A DNA stretch of 61,564 nt, counting the filler, from Sphacelaria rigidula (taxonomy: Eukaryota): NCBI GenBank assembly GCA_964200075.2. It is 5 parts of 5 records of this genome, joined end to end, with 100 filler letters (N's around TTAATTAATTAA, not from the genome) between each part and the next. Parts side by side here need not be neighbours in the genome. Positions count along the whole stretch, not along the records: positions 24,668 to 36,900 come from CAXNAA020003977.1; positions 37,001 to 49,232 come from CAXNAA020003978.1; 3 more parts are not named here. One strand, 5' to 3'. The notes beneath the pieces were generated by a model. That model ran no database searches. It saw nothing but the letters and a program-made list of their open reading frames with translations, and was not told the origin of the DNA. Below, in pieces: positions 25,863-39,204 of this stretch (within the stretch, counting starts at the first letter, position 1; each line of letters begins with the position of its first letter). Both the position numbers and the translations under genes were made by a program.

Positions 25863-28800
25863 CAGAATTCCAATACCCGAGTCGTACCTTGGCCCGTATT
25901 TTGGTGATGATGTTTCACATTCGTGAAAGATCGGAGCGTAGCGGGATCTGCAGTCTGTGGAATGGGTACGAATGTGCATAAGCTAGGCTAATGTGAGGGG
26001 ATTATGAAACGGTCGATGTAACAAATAGATCACAAAGGTTGAGAGCTAACGGCTTGGGGCAACGAGCAAAGACGGGCCGGCAGTTTAGCTTGAATTATTT
26101 CGATCCCTTTCCCACCCACCGACCCTGGGTGTGTTCTAGGCGTATGGGTATGTCTGGTCACTTCGTGCTTTCACGACCGGGTAAAATTATCCATTGATAC
26201 CGTAGTCGGACCGGGAGGGACAGGCTTCGGGCGTGGCGTTTAGCACGATTTCAGAGGAAATTTAGAAGAAGCGTGTAGTGTGGAGTGAAGTAGTAGCAAG
26301 GAACACATGCACAAGGGTGCATGTTACGGTCTGGTTTGGATTTGCGTTGCGTCACATTTGACAATCAAATTAATAACAACTATTCCGCATTTATGAGAGC
26401 AAAAGTAATAGATTAAAGGGGAAATTAGAAAGCCTCTTTTTCATTTCTCGTCGTTTTTTAGCTTGTGGCCCACAACCGCTCGGGATGTCAACACCCATTC
26501 TGACATTTTGAACAAAGAACAAAAGACTCCGGACCCGGCTCCCCCAAGTCCATGGTTGAAAAATACTTTGTTTCATAAACATCATATTCTGACCTTGACC
26601 CTTTGGGGACCCTCTCGTTCCGCCCACGGAGCAGACGCCTCATTTTTTCAAGCCCTGACAAGAAGAAAGTATGAGAACAGGAGAGACTGGCGGCGATCAT
26701 TTTCACGGCGGAAGGCCACAGAAGAATCCACCAGCAGAGTTTAAGCGCGCACCAAAAATGCCGGTGCGGTCGGATTAGTTTTGCCCCGTGAGGGACGTCA
26801 AGGGTCAAATTTGTTCAACTTTGTGCACACAGCTAAAATCAGCACTTCCGTGCCTGAAGTCCATACGAACAAGAAAATGGCGCCGCCTGTCTATCTTCTG
26901 TATACTTACGACGAACAAGAAAATGGCATCGCCTCTCTATCTTCTATATACGTACGGCACTGGGGCATGTTTTTATACGGTTCTGAAGAGTACGCCTCGG
27001 GCTAATACTTTCGCGTGAAATCTGTTGATACTCAACCGCATGTCGTTCAAAGAACACCTCGAAATCCACAATTTGCCATTGCCAGGACCAAAAGAGTCGA
27101 CCCTTGAACCGCGAGGGTCGTCCATTTGGATCATGCATACTATTTTCAAGTGCAGTTGATGCCGGTTCAACAGATGGCCTATTCCGCTAGGAAAAGTTTC
27201 AGCGGCTCATAGTCCAGGGACATCCGGGGGTTTCCACAGGGTGAAGGCCTGTTCGGCAAACTTTCCATGTAGTGGGACAGAATGTACTCCATTATTTTCA
27301 AGTGTGCAAAGCTCGCACACAAGGCATCCCTCCCACACGCAAATAAGGGTATCTCAATGTGAAATAGAAGATGCGCGATTACGGCAGAGCGTTCAAAATC
27401 GGCACCTGTCCGAAACTGAGGACTGGTTGAAGATGAGGCGAAGGACTAAAACATGGGACACGTGCGGTTTCACAAACACACTCACCCCCTCTCTCATGTG
27501 TTGCAGCTGCCACTGTGCTGTGGTGTGTTAGGATGATGCAAAGGCGATTTGGTTTCCGCTTGGATTGCCTGAGCTGCGATTTTGACGTTGTGTTCGTCTC
27601 TGTACAAAATAATGTTGGCCCGAGGCACGCAGTGCTGTCTACACATTGACTGTTGAAAACCTCATGGTGTGTTGGCTGTATCGTCTTCCGTGGAACCGAC
27701 AAGGCGCTTCCCGCTGCTGCGGCACTCTATTTAGCTGGTGCTGTGCGTTGGACCACTGTACTGTCTGTATTGCGATGGAACATGTGAGTGTGGGCGTGAA
27801 TGGCCGTGAGATTAGACCGCACGAGCGCTAGGTTGTAGACTACTCTCCAAGGTGTTCCAAGTGGACTGGAGCTATCTGATTAGTAGTTACCAAGTGAAAG
27901 TGCGAGAATGTACTTGATGCGCTTTGACTTGGTGCTGATGACTATTGGTGTACGGTCGGAGACTACTGACAGAAAAATATTCAACTGATAATTCGTTGCG
28001 CTTGTGTGCATGTATTCAAGCAGTAGAGGAGTGAACCGTGCGTGCCATTATCGAACCTGCCACCGGTGCACAGATTCGACGAACTTGCGTTTGAGCGAAA
28101 GTGTATATCAAAGATGGGAAGATATCCATCATACCGGCTTGAAAAAACGTCAGTTCTCAAACGTAAACTTAATGAGAAAGAGTGGACGGCCAGGACGAGT
28201 CATGAATTGAATCGATATCGTTCCCGCTTGAAAATGACCAAGACTTGATTGACTCGCCCCGGCGGTCAAAGGCTTGCCCCTCATAGCACGAAGTCGTGCA
28301 GGTGTCCTTTAGTTGTCCTGCCTATTATGATGAAAGATTTGACGTCTACATTGAAACGAAGGCTCTGGATCCGCTGAGCCTTTGCCACTCACGCATCATC
28401 TAGTAGACAAAAGAGTACAGTACCGTAACCTCCGCGAGATGTGGAAATGCTGCGCGTGCAGACACTTTACTGACCGAGTCTTGAGCAGGTCTAGCTGCGA
28501 GTGCTACGCTGTGCAGTACAGACGCCGCAAAATTCCAATCGGTCCGCTCGACCATGGACGTGAACTGTAACACTTGCCATGCGCCAAGAGATTACTGTTT
28601 TTCTGTCTGAGTTGGTGCCTGAGGTCATGAAAGGCCATGTATGCAGACAAAAACTACTATCGCTGCTACCGCTTTGATATGCGCCAACATAATGATCCGC
28701 CAATACCTTGGCCATCTTGATACTTTCGGGGAAGTGCTGGCACACCTCGAGCATGTTTCGGTCTCGCTGATACACATACCACATATTGTGAACCATATTT

Positions 28801-29773
28801 ATCTGAACTCCCGCTGCTGTACCGTACATACACACAAGATTTCCGTCAGGGGCTGAATATGACGGTACAAAACAATCAGCTGTAAGGGAGCATCATGCCG
28901 CCATGTGGGTCATATTAGATCATTTGACAGAGTTGCAGGAGTAATGATTCGCTTTTCTTGGTCAAATAAGACACACCAAAACATGGTAGTGAAGGCCTTT
29001 GAGTGGTGGGTTCGCCCCTATCCTCCAATCGTCCGAACTCTCGAACTTCGAGCGAAAAACGCGAGATATGCATACTCCCAAGGACTGGAAAACCCCGCAC
29101 ATTCTTGTAGATGTTTATTGCAAATATCTGTATCTGCCACAAGGCTCAAATGGCGACGAGTTTAATGTCAAAAGCGGCATATTCTTCTCCCCCTGGCGTC
29201 AGCGATATACGCACCAAGTCTCTGGGCATTTGAGCTGGATCCCATTCGTGTTCCTGTAACCTATTACCAAACCGCACTCTAACCCTCGTCAGTAGACCGT
29301 GTTTGGTGTGCCATCTTGGTGCAAAATTATGACAGTTCCCGAATGATTGATCAGAGCTAACGGCTCTCTCCTGGATGTTTGTACGGTTGCAGGGATCTTG
29401 TGCCATGTCGTGCTGCTGTTCGTTATGCTCACCCCGGCAATAGTTTGATTTCTTTTGCTGAGAAATGTTTGCACGAGTGCTTGGAGGTGCTTTTGTTACT
29501 CGGTTGAGATGCTTTCGACAGTCGGACAGTCACACTGCAACACAAGGTGTGGCGGGCAAACGGGGGCGAACAACATTCTAGTTCAACGTTCCCCTTGTTA
29601 GTTGGGGTACGAGGCCCAAGTTAACCCGGAACAAACCGAAGGTACCAGATAGCTCCCATCGCCCAACATTTCATTCGCTACATTGCTGCAGTACTGCTGA
29701 GCACGATCACAGGCACTAAGGTCACAACTGCCCACTGCTGAGTCGAACAGTTGTGCGGTCATGTTTGTCGTAC
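25863..29773 (-). pseudogene. Multi-exon gene with a BRCT-like domain and one apparent premature stop; ends unresolved
   Basis: Exons join in phase: ~29646-29773, ~29433-29534, 29215-29253, 28707-28802, 28424-28494, 28085-28137, 27891-27965, 26120-26153, 25863-25947. They give ..HISRRLRRYDGYLP..TPIVISTKSKRIKYILALSLDIPI.., matching the BRCT motif RTxKYLxALAxGIPIV. An in-frame TAA lies at 29496-29498. Confidence 0.55.
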
Positions 29774-30949
29774 CTGAAGTTACGGTAATTTGTCCATATT
29801 CACTGACGACGCAGGCCCACAAGCATTCTTCACGGGTTGCGCCGTATACTTCCGCTTGTGGGTCCTAACGTCAGTCGTATCACGTGTAATAAAGCAGCAG
29901 GTTCACATGACGGGCGAAATGTTCAAAGTTTCACATCGTGACACTGAACGACGACCTGGGGTCCGAGTGAACCAACGGCGAACTACAGGTTTAGAAGTTG
30001 ACCCGCCAGAGTGAATCATGTCCAACTTCGTTACTTTTTAAAAAGAGAACGCGATTCAACAGATTATCTACCCTGGTAGCCAACGGGTTGATATCAAACA
30101 GGTGCGTAAAACCCTGTGCATAAGAAACCACGCACAGGCTTGGCGCGGGTGATGCGCGAACACATAGAATGATGTAGCTGGGAAGATTCTGGAATTGTTT
30201 CGACAGGAGCTCTCATGGATTGGAGTCAAATCTCAAACGTTCGCGTCGGCTTGCATGGCCTTACTCAAGTTCTCTACTGTTGTTTACTATCCTCCGCAGT
30301 TGGACAGTCGGCATAATGCGGTCCCAGATCGTGCCGCACCTGCTCCTCAGAGGAGAGGCAACATCTACATTTGTCAGGCAGACGACGATGTAAACACTGT
30401 ATTCTCCTTGCCTAATAGCCGTATCTCCCAATATCTCGATCTAAAGTACGTGGGTGTTACACTAATTCTCGGCGTCATCACCATGGAATGTGTGCGCACA
30501 AGCACCTTACAGCACACCCACCGTTCACTAATACCGTCGCGATGGTTGGCACCGGCTTGAGAAAGTGGGATGCAGTCGACTCTGCTCCAAAGCAGCACAG
30601 CGTGGACTAGCCGCTCGAAACACGCGGAACGCATGTGGTACAACAATTGCAATCCCGGTGCTGTTCGCGTACTCTCAAACAAATAAACCCTGGTGTCGCC
30701 TGTCGAGTACAAGACGTGGCACGGTGCGTAGCTCACTAGTACACGTGTGCTGGCTGTAGTCGGCATGCTGCTGACCGGTCGCTCGCTGTGTCCTGCTGTG
30801 TCGTGCTTGAGGCCAATTGCATGACGTCAGAGTGTAACCACTGTAGAGTACAATATCATCCCTACTTTTGACTACAAGTAGATGGCGCTTGTGCACCTCG
30901 TCGCACTTTTCCAAAAGCCGATTTTGCATTTGTGTTCCTGTCGGTGCAG

Positions 30950-33900
30950 GTATCCACGAGGAGGACCCCTACTTGGATACCGCACGCTTCCGCGAATAGA
31001 TCCAAATCGGAACAAGGTGACGGTCGCAATGCCACGAGCAACAGCAGAAATGGTATGGGTGCAGAACGGCTTCAAACAATATCCGACAGCCAGAGGAAGT
31101 TCGCTGCACAATTTAGTCACTCTGCAGCAGAAAGGGGGCTAGAGCTACCGCCAGATGCGAGAGGATCAGGGGTCGGCAGCCGTTGGGTGTCAAGACCCGC
31201 TCCAAGACCACAGCTGCGTTGTTCTCCCGACAGCTCGACAGTCAATGAGGCGAAAATTCGAGCGGCTGGGGCCCACTATCGTGCTCACGTCCATGGTGGT
31301 GAAGACGGCGAACAAAATGGGCGCGCCGAAGAGGGTGAAGAGTATTCGGCCAGGGATCTAGGAGGCGGACAAGAGGATGAGCCAGACTCATACCGGGGGC
31401 GGGCTCCGACCCCTGGCAAGAACGGGGTGAGCAACTTGTAGCGTCTTGCATCACAGCGAAAACGGTCCGACAAAGGAATACAGATCAACAGCGGTGCGTC
31501 AAGGAGAGTCATTGTGCACACCGCAGACATACAGCCATGCATCCGCCTCGTAACTATCAACCGCTTTTCCGGCTGGGACGAAAATTTTCGAAAAAATCCC
31601 TTATGTTTGAGCTGCATTTGCTGTCCTTACTGCTGAGCCTCCTCGGGCGGTACGTTCGTTTTTTCACTCTTGCAGAGCGGAGCTGTGAAAGGTCCATGGA
31701 CGAAAGAGGAGGACCAGAAGATTATTGACTGCATTACGCAGAACATCACCAAGTGGTCGGAGATTGCTGAACACGTTGAGGGGCGTGTCGGAAAGCAGTG
31801 CCGCGAGCGATGGTTTAATCACCTGGACCCTAGTCTGAAAAAGTCCAGCTGGACACCTGCGGAGGATGGAGTTCTCGTGGCTGGTCAAGCCCGATACGGC
31901 AACAGGTCAGATGTGATCCCCGGCGCTGCCTCTGCCTTTATCTTGATGAGTTGACGCTGAGGTTGAATCATCTGCTTACGCATTTCTGCGGCTCATGTTA
32001 CCCCGCACGTCTCCGTAGTGGTAACTGGGGAGGAAAGGGCTATTCACTAAAGCCGGTTAGCTGAAATCCTGAAATCCTGATCGTTTCCCCTCGCGCTTGA
32101 CTATTCAGCTGGACAAAAATCGCAAAGCTATTGCCGGGGAGGTCTGAGAACGCCGTAAAGAACCGATGGAACTCAGCAGCGAGAAAGAAAGGCAAGGTGG
32201 ACCCAAGAAATGCAGTACCAGTTCTGGGATCTGGGCACCCACAGGTATGCTGTGAAGACTGGTAACTGGTACATGCGCTCCTCAACCGGAGGAAACTGCG
32301 CTACCGTACGCGACGATGCATCCTGCTCATGTCGGGATGTGTGGCAACCTGCCCGACGAGTTACATTTCCACCTTTATTTTGCATGACACGAAAATACGT
32401 ACCGGTTTGGAAGGTGAAATATGTTGGCATCGGCACTGCCACTTTTTTTACGTTCTTATTGGGCTACCGGACTACTCCCCAAACTATTGGATTTTTCTCG
32501 AGGAACGATCGCCCATGCACGGTAGCTGCCAACTTCGTGAACGTGTAGCGGCGTATCTTGTTGAGGCCAGCTCAGCATTTGGTCTGACAGCCCGAGAGTG
32601 CTCTTATCATATTTATAATGATGCCATCCTGGTGTTGAGAGGTCACTGACGTTCTTTTGGCCTCGCAACCCCGGTTGCGTGAACACAAATCCCACAAACG
32701 GTTTCCCACCACTTTCAGGTCGCGTGCTGCCTGACCGGGTCCCCACGAGAGGATCACTGTACGGCAAGTGCAATAGCCTGTGTAAGCGTCACATGATATC
32801 CGTGGACACGGCCGTCATGGTGTCCACTCTTCCGTGGGAGCAGAATCATGTTTCTTGGCGTCACCGGTAGTTCAGTTTAGGTGCGATTTATGAACACGTC
32901 CCTCGCTTGGATATTTTAAAGCAATCCAGGATATGTAAGTCAAGGTGTACGATACAAACGACGGCCCATGACCAAGTGTAGCATCAAAAGGATTTGTAAG
33001 GAAACCTTGAAGTGCCACCGTTCACTTCGGCGCCAATGCTCGACTTCTGGATCATCTTGATCTGCCTGCTCCGCAGACTCGAGACTCGTGATAGAAAGGG
33101 GTGTGGTGAGTGTAGAGCACGTTCTTGGCGTTTCTGGGGCCCCGCAACCCGGTGGCCTGAAGAGCGTTCACTGAGAGCTTACCCCCGTTATCATCTAGCT
33201 CGCTGGCTCATTGAAATTACACGAAATGGTCTCTTTTAACGGCAAGCTACATCCACGAACATGAGATCAACAGCCACAGTACCGACACTGTCTGAGCTTT
33301 TATTTACACCAAACAACAATTTTCAGTGGTGACACATGGGGCAGGAAATGCGTGTGACATACACAGTGCTTGGAGGTATGACGCAATCATGATCTTTCAT
33401 TTTCTTGAAAGTACCCAATTCTGGTCGGAACTGTAAACCCGTGAACTTTGGACGTTTGTGAACATGATCCATCCCGAAATCCTGCCTTCTCGCACTCATT
33501 CATGTTCCTCCGCATCTGCGCTGTTGATGTCGCGGTATAGTGAACGTTTGGTTTGCAGCCAGCCGCCCCTTGATAATGCGTATACCATATAGAATGATTG
33601 TTCATGACGCTGTTATACTGTTGAGCGCGATGTACGATCGCTTCCGTGATGTAACGATGTATGGTGCGGATAGTTGCGCGTGCTCGCTCATGAACATGTT
33701 ATACTTTCAAACGGCACTGTTCGAGTGTCATACATCACTAACGAGACGAATGTTTTGTATGAGGGAGTGAAATCGCCCCGGACGCGGCCTTCACGTTAAG
33801 CAGTCTTCCATGAGAGCGTAGAGTTGTTCACTCTCGCGCACATCTGATGGTTGCATTGCGTGCCTGCTGTCTTGTTTGCGCAGCTGAACGTGGATGTCTC

Positions 33901-35165
33901 AATCGGTGGCGTGCTTTCTCAGGGTTACTCGCAGGGCTACCTTGGTTATCAGCAGGTGACTGCGTTCCGTTTTCGTTTTCTCATGTCAGTTGTTGGGTTA
34001 CCCGAAGAGCAAGAGGGTGATCATTGCTCTGTCAGTTGTCTTCAGCGCGGCTTCATAAATTGAAGCCACCGGCTGGGGATGGCGGCTGCTTGATTTGCGA
34101 CGTCCACCTGGTACATGAAAAACCATGACTACGATGTCCGGTCAAGATTCTGTAGTACCTTTCGGATGTTTGCCACACCTGTTGCAGGCAGGAATCAGGC
34201 GAGCCCATATTACATACACTGGTTCATGATATCGTTGCTACTGTGTGCTGTGATTCCGTCGGCGACAGGTTGCCATGATACCAGAGCCAAGAGCCAACGG
34301 GCAAATGCAATATGTCATGATGCCTGCCCTCGCGGCTGAAGCGCATATGAAACCTGCCGGATGGCCGGCATCTTCCATGGATAGGCAGGGGCATATGGCC
34401 ACGATGCTGCATGGGAATCACCTTCAGTCCATGCAGACTGGCACTCTTCAGGCACATCCGGTGCACCAAGGGATTGATGCTCACGGTTTGTTGAACGACA
34501 ATCCTTTCCTCATGGCAGATAGCTTTATCGCACCTCCCATGGGGCCATTGGCGATGGGACAGCAGGGCTGTGAGCACGGGGCGATGCCTCAACAACGCAT
34601 CCCAGTGCTCATGGGGATGCATCGACATCCACCCGTCGCTACTTCTGCTAGTTTCACTGCACATTCAACAAGTGAACCCGCAACCTCGAGCAGTGGATGT
34701 GACCCGCCAGCAGAATCTCCGTTGAGGTTGGAACAAACGGCTGAGATCATGACTGCTCCAAGCGACCAACATGCTGGTCGCGAGAGCAAGCTCGACAACC
34801 CGTTCACGGCGGAAGACGAGCTTTCGCTCTCCGCGACACTGTTCAATATCTCGTTGGATCAGGGCAGCGTGGGTAGTTTCAGAGCAGACTTATCAGGTAG
34901 AATGGAGAGTAAGCATTGCGCAGAGCATGTTGGAGGTGCAGGAGCTGAAGGGGGTGGCCTTTTCCGCAACGGGGGTGCTGCCTCCAGAGCGGGCTTCAGC
35001 ATCACGACAGGGAATGGATTTTCAAGGGAACAGAGGCAGGCGCGCATGGATGAGGCCTACCGACAATCCCGACCACGCATGTCCACGTCGGTGACCGATC
35101 TACTATTCTCCCCAGCGGAGCTGCCAATGGGCCCATCTCTGGTGAGAGTCATCCGCAATACGTGA
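30950..35165 (+). CDS. R2R3-MYB transcription factor (start and last exon uncertain)
   Basis: Exons 30950-31426, 31676-31905 (VKGPWTKEEDQK..GRVGKQCRERWFNHLDPSLKKSSWT..YGN), 32109-32244 (SWTKIAKLLPGRSENAVKNRWNS), 33884-33955 and 34269-35141/35165 (Met/Gln/His-rich, activation-domain-like) are all in phase with canonical splice sites. Confidence 0.93.
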
Positions 35166-36900
35166 TCGCGGAGTAGCTGTGTTGTGTGAGATCGCCCATG
35201 ATGTACAGGGCATCAAAATGTGGAGCACTGGTGAATCTCGTGCCGAGAAAAGTAAACACACCTTTGTCAACGTGCATCGTTTTGACGACAAGCTGCCCAA
35301 TTCGTTGCTCGTTCCGCTCGTGCCGTGATTCAACAGATGCCGCCATAAACGCGAGGAGACCTCTCCAGATACCCGCAAAGCTTCGAGAGGGCAGGTGTCT
35401 TTGTTCACGGTGCTTGTTCACGTGTTGGGTATTTGTCGTGTAGCACATCACGCGCGTGCTGAAAACATGCGTCGTAGGTTAGTTTCCCATCGCATCAAGT
35501 TCCGAGTTTTCTCGCACACATTCGGCGGCTGTTCAAGTGCACTCCCATACGGAACATGGATGCCGACACGCCAACCAATTGTTGATATTACCGTAGTTTT
35601 CGGGGCTGGCGCAAATGATGGAATACTCACGGTTTCGATAGTCCGCCACATAGGTAGATGCGATTCTTTGTTCCTTGTTGAGCGGGTATAGAATGTGCGG
35701 GTATCCGTAATGGTGAACCCTGTATAGTGTTGTTTCGCCCAAGGCTTCTAGATACCAGTTTATGTAGGAGCGTGGGTGATCGAATGGGTAGCTTATTAAC
35801 ATGTCCCTGTACAGTCGAAGCGACTTGATTTTTCTGTTGCGCCACAAGCGGACTTCGCACTCCTGCTCGCCACCCACCTAGCCGTGTTTTAGTATCACTT
35901 CCGTCCGGCATGAATGAAAAAACCAATAGTACGTAGTGAGGAAGGCGTCGCGCCAATTATCTTCTTCGGTTGTTTGAGCGATGGGGAAAAGTGGAACTAT
36001 CGTTTTGTACAGAAAGCAGAAGTGATACTAAACATATATTGTATTTGATGTGCTATGTGAACTAAGCTTCGCTAGGGGTGAGGCAGTAGAGTTACTGGTC
36101 CCGAAGAAGAACGTTGTCATACCCTGCTGCCGAACGATCTCTAGAGCGAGGCGTATTTCTCTTTCTTGTCATTTGGGCAAGGATGCGGCCGTGACCGATG
36201 GTATGCAAGGAGAAGAAGTGAACGAGGTGGTACGGTAGTACCAGCTACGTTCCACCAGGGTTCATATTGTGACCCCATTGTTTTGGGCTCTTGTACCGTA
36301 GACCCGGTTTGCCTAGGTTGCCGAATATCCAGTTTTACAGGTTTGAAAGTTTCAGGTCCACTCATGTGTGTCACTGGCAGCCCCCGTTCCTGAGACTATT
36401 TCTCCGGCTTACATGTGTATTTGGATGTCATTACGCTCATAACATACGTGGTCTCCACAGCTATATGAGTATATACACCAGGAATGTTTCCGGGGAAACA
36501 TGATGATATCTGTGGTGATCATCGTTTTCGTGTGTCCTGTGGATGTGACGGGACTGCGACATGAGCTAAAATAAAATGAGAAGTGCAAGAAAGCCTCTCC
36601 CTTCGAGAATCGCTGATTCGACGGTCGCACTAATCCACTCGTACTCCCGCAGTACACGGAATTGCTCTCAAGTCACGACTATCGACGTTCGGAATGAGCT
36701 ATGTTTTCGTGAGATCGAGAGCCTTGGATGGATTGAGAGTGAGTTTTATTTTTCGCTCTAACTCAGTTTCATTCCATTTCAATAATAAGGAGGCGGTATT
36801 TTTGGAGATTAGGCGCTCCAATACAGTACACCAGGCATCTGATGATACTGAAAGTTGACGTATGTGTGGACTGCAGCCGCAGGTAGGTGTTGACGCAGCA

Positions 36901-37000
36901 NNNNNNNNNNNNNNNNNNNNNNNNNNNNNNNNNNNNNNNNNNNNTTAATTAATTAANNNNNNNNNNNNNNNNNNNNNNNNNNNNNNNNNNNNNNNNNNNN
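36901..37000. other. Artificial N linker
   Basis: N-TTAATTAATTAA-N, 100 nt. Confidence 0.97.
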
Positions 37001-37076
37001 GGGTTGAACGCTTGAGACCACGGACTCATCCCGAGGAAGGGGAGGGGTTCAAAGTGTGAGAAAAAAAAAGGAAAAA

Positions 37077-37630
37077 GACACCCACCACTCCCGCGCATTA
37101 GTTTCACAGCTAGCCCTTGCTAATTTACACACGGCAGTCTCTGTTTGACGAGAATCCGTTCTGTTTTGTACGAATGGCGACCGCGTGCGTGTCAAAAACA
37201 ACCGAAAACGCGTCGATACTGATTGTTTTGTGAGCGTGTGCTGCGCGCGCGTCTCACACAAATCATCATTGCTCAATGATTTCTGAACAGATTTGAGCAA
37301 GGTCACGCACAACGTGCACAGCTAATGAACAGCTAGGGCTTGAGCTGTGTGTTTTGGTTTGCGGGGCCACCAAGTCCTCAGGTTCAGCTGTGATAGTGTT
37401 TGGTTGTGTGGTAAGCCTTTGCATGTGCCCCTGTCAACGGGACGTATATGTTCCCCTTTCAGGTGCACAGAAATCCCCCCTCAAGAGGGGATTTCTGTGC
37501 ACGTTGAGGGGATTGTGTTTTTTGGGGGGTGGGGGTGGGGGTGGTATCGCAGCGATCAATTACCGGTCGTTTTTCAAAAAGGAGATTATGAAAAAGGTGA
37601 TTATCCCCTTCATTAAGAAGGGCCCTCAGT
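37077..37630. repeat. Dispersed ~530-bp repeat, copy 1
   Basis: Collinear with 43057-43590 (GACACCCA.., TACACACGG, GTGCGTGTCAAA, TTTGTGAGCGTGTGCTG, GCCCCTGTCAACGGGACGT). Confidence 0.8.
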
Positions 37631-37899
37631 CTACCACAAGGGAGGGTGAAGAAACTTCTGAGTAAATTTATAGTTTGGGGTAGGTGAGGATGGTCCTAAT
37701 TGTTGTTTTGCATATGTGCCTGATATGATGGAACCACACACGAGATGTGTCCCCAACTTTTTTGCTGCTGGATTTACTGAGTTGCTACAGGTTTCGAGCT
37801 GGGAGAAGACCTTGGCTGAGAACAGCAATCTTTCTCCATGTGTACCCTGTTGAGAGTGGCGAGGTTGCGCAGCGCACCTCCAGCTGTAAACAGGCGCTT

Positions 37900-38275
37900 C
37901 TATAAAATGAGGTTCAAGCCCGAAACAGTGCTTGCCCCACACTTACAGCGATGGTGCCCAGTGACGTTTTTGTAGGTGTAATGGCCCACTATCTCGTAAA
38001 TACCTTTTGAGTGCATTTTACCGACTCTGTGGGCTTACAGCGCTGACCGAAACAACCATTTTCCCCTGATACCACCACGCCTAAAAAATTAGGGGAAATG
38101 GGGGTTCCGGTCAGCGCTGTATACTCACAAAGTGGGTAAAATGCACTGAAAAAGTGTTTACGCGATCGAGGGCCGTTACACCGACAAAAAAGTCATTGAG
38201 CACGATCGCTGGAAGTGTGGGGAAAACACTGTTTTGGGCTTGAACTTTGTTTCATTGTACGACCTCATTTTATAT
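37900..38275. mobile_element. Fold-back MITE, ~170-bp arms
   Basis: GTTCAAGCCCGAAACAGTG..CCCCACACTT..GTGCATTTTACC..TACAGCGCTGACCG pairs with CGGTCAGCGCTGTA..GGTAAAATGCAC..AAGTGTGGGG..CACTGTTTTGGGCTTGAAC. Confidence 0.8.
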
Positions 38276-38390
38276 GACTGTCTGTACGATCTCATTTTAT
38301 ATGACTGTCTGTACGACCTCATTTTATATGACTGTCTGTACGACCTCATTTTATATGACTGTCTGTACGACCTCATTTTATATGACTGTC
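38256..38390. repeat. 27-bp tandem repeat, 5 copies
   Basis: TGTACGACCTCATTTTATATGACTGTC at 38256, 38283, 38310, 38337 and 38364, with one mismatch. Confidence 0.97.
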
Positions 38391-39204
38391 TGTCTGCTGC
38401 AATTGCTATGGGGTGATTTAGCGCCAAGGTCAGAGGGACACAGTCACAAATGGCTCGAGTGTCCCTCTCAAGCTGCATCATCATACCATAGCCAAATTGT
38501 GGGCCTACACCCAGCTTAAGGTCAGATTGATTTCGTTAGTTTAGCAGCGCACTTTACGATCATGCACACCATCTGCTTGTACTACGCGGTAGGCGCCATC
38601 CACGGTTTGGGGCCACTTGCCTTGTCCCGCTCGAAACAAAACAGCACCCGTCGTTTTTTGCTTCGCCCAGAGAAGTCCTCAACCGTCGTCCAACAATCTG
38701 TACGTGAAAATATCGGTTCGGAATCGCCTCGAGTTTGCTTTCCGCCCTTGGTGTGAACGTTTCGTTTTTTTATGCTCCTCAGCACTCGATTCCGTTACGC
38801 CGATTTGGGGAGGCGAGGGGGTTGCACTGTCATTTACGAAGTTGTTAGAACCAAAAAATCAGTTTGGATTGACTTGAACATTTCTTCGCGACAAAGGCTT
38901 CAACAGGAGCGTCTTGGTTTGACTTGCATTTTGTTTTTGCGAAAAATACCCTTGTCGGCGACATGTCTATAACTCAACGACTGAAACACTGCAATAATTA
39001 CAAGAGCGGGATTCGTAATTGCCGCCCACGAATTAGCCTACCGTCCATTTTCAGATAAATTGGTCGACTTCCAAAAATAACGGTGGTATTTTCGGATCAG
39101 CCCCGCTTTGTGCGTTTCGCTTGATACTGCCGAGAGGTACAAGTGAAACCAGCTGAACTTCGGCAGTAACAGTCCAACCATTTTATTCTATTTCGCGTTG
39201 CCAG

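Noticed and set aside
38256..38390. CRISPR array or repeat protein (YDLILYDCL)n
   Set aside because: It is a pure tandem repeat without spacers; the ORFs are by-products of a 27-nt unit.
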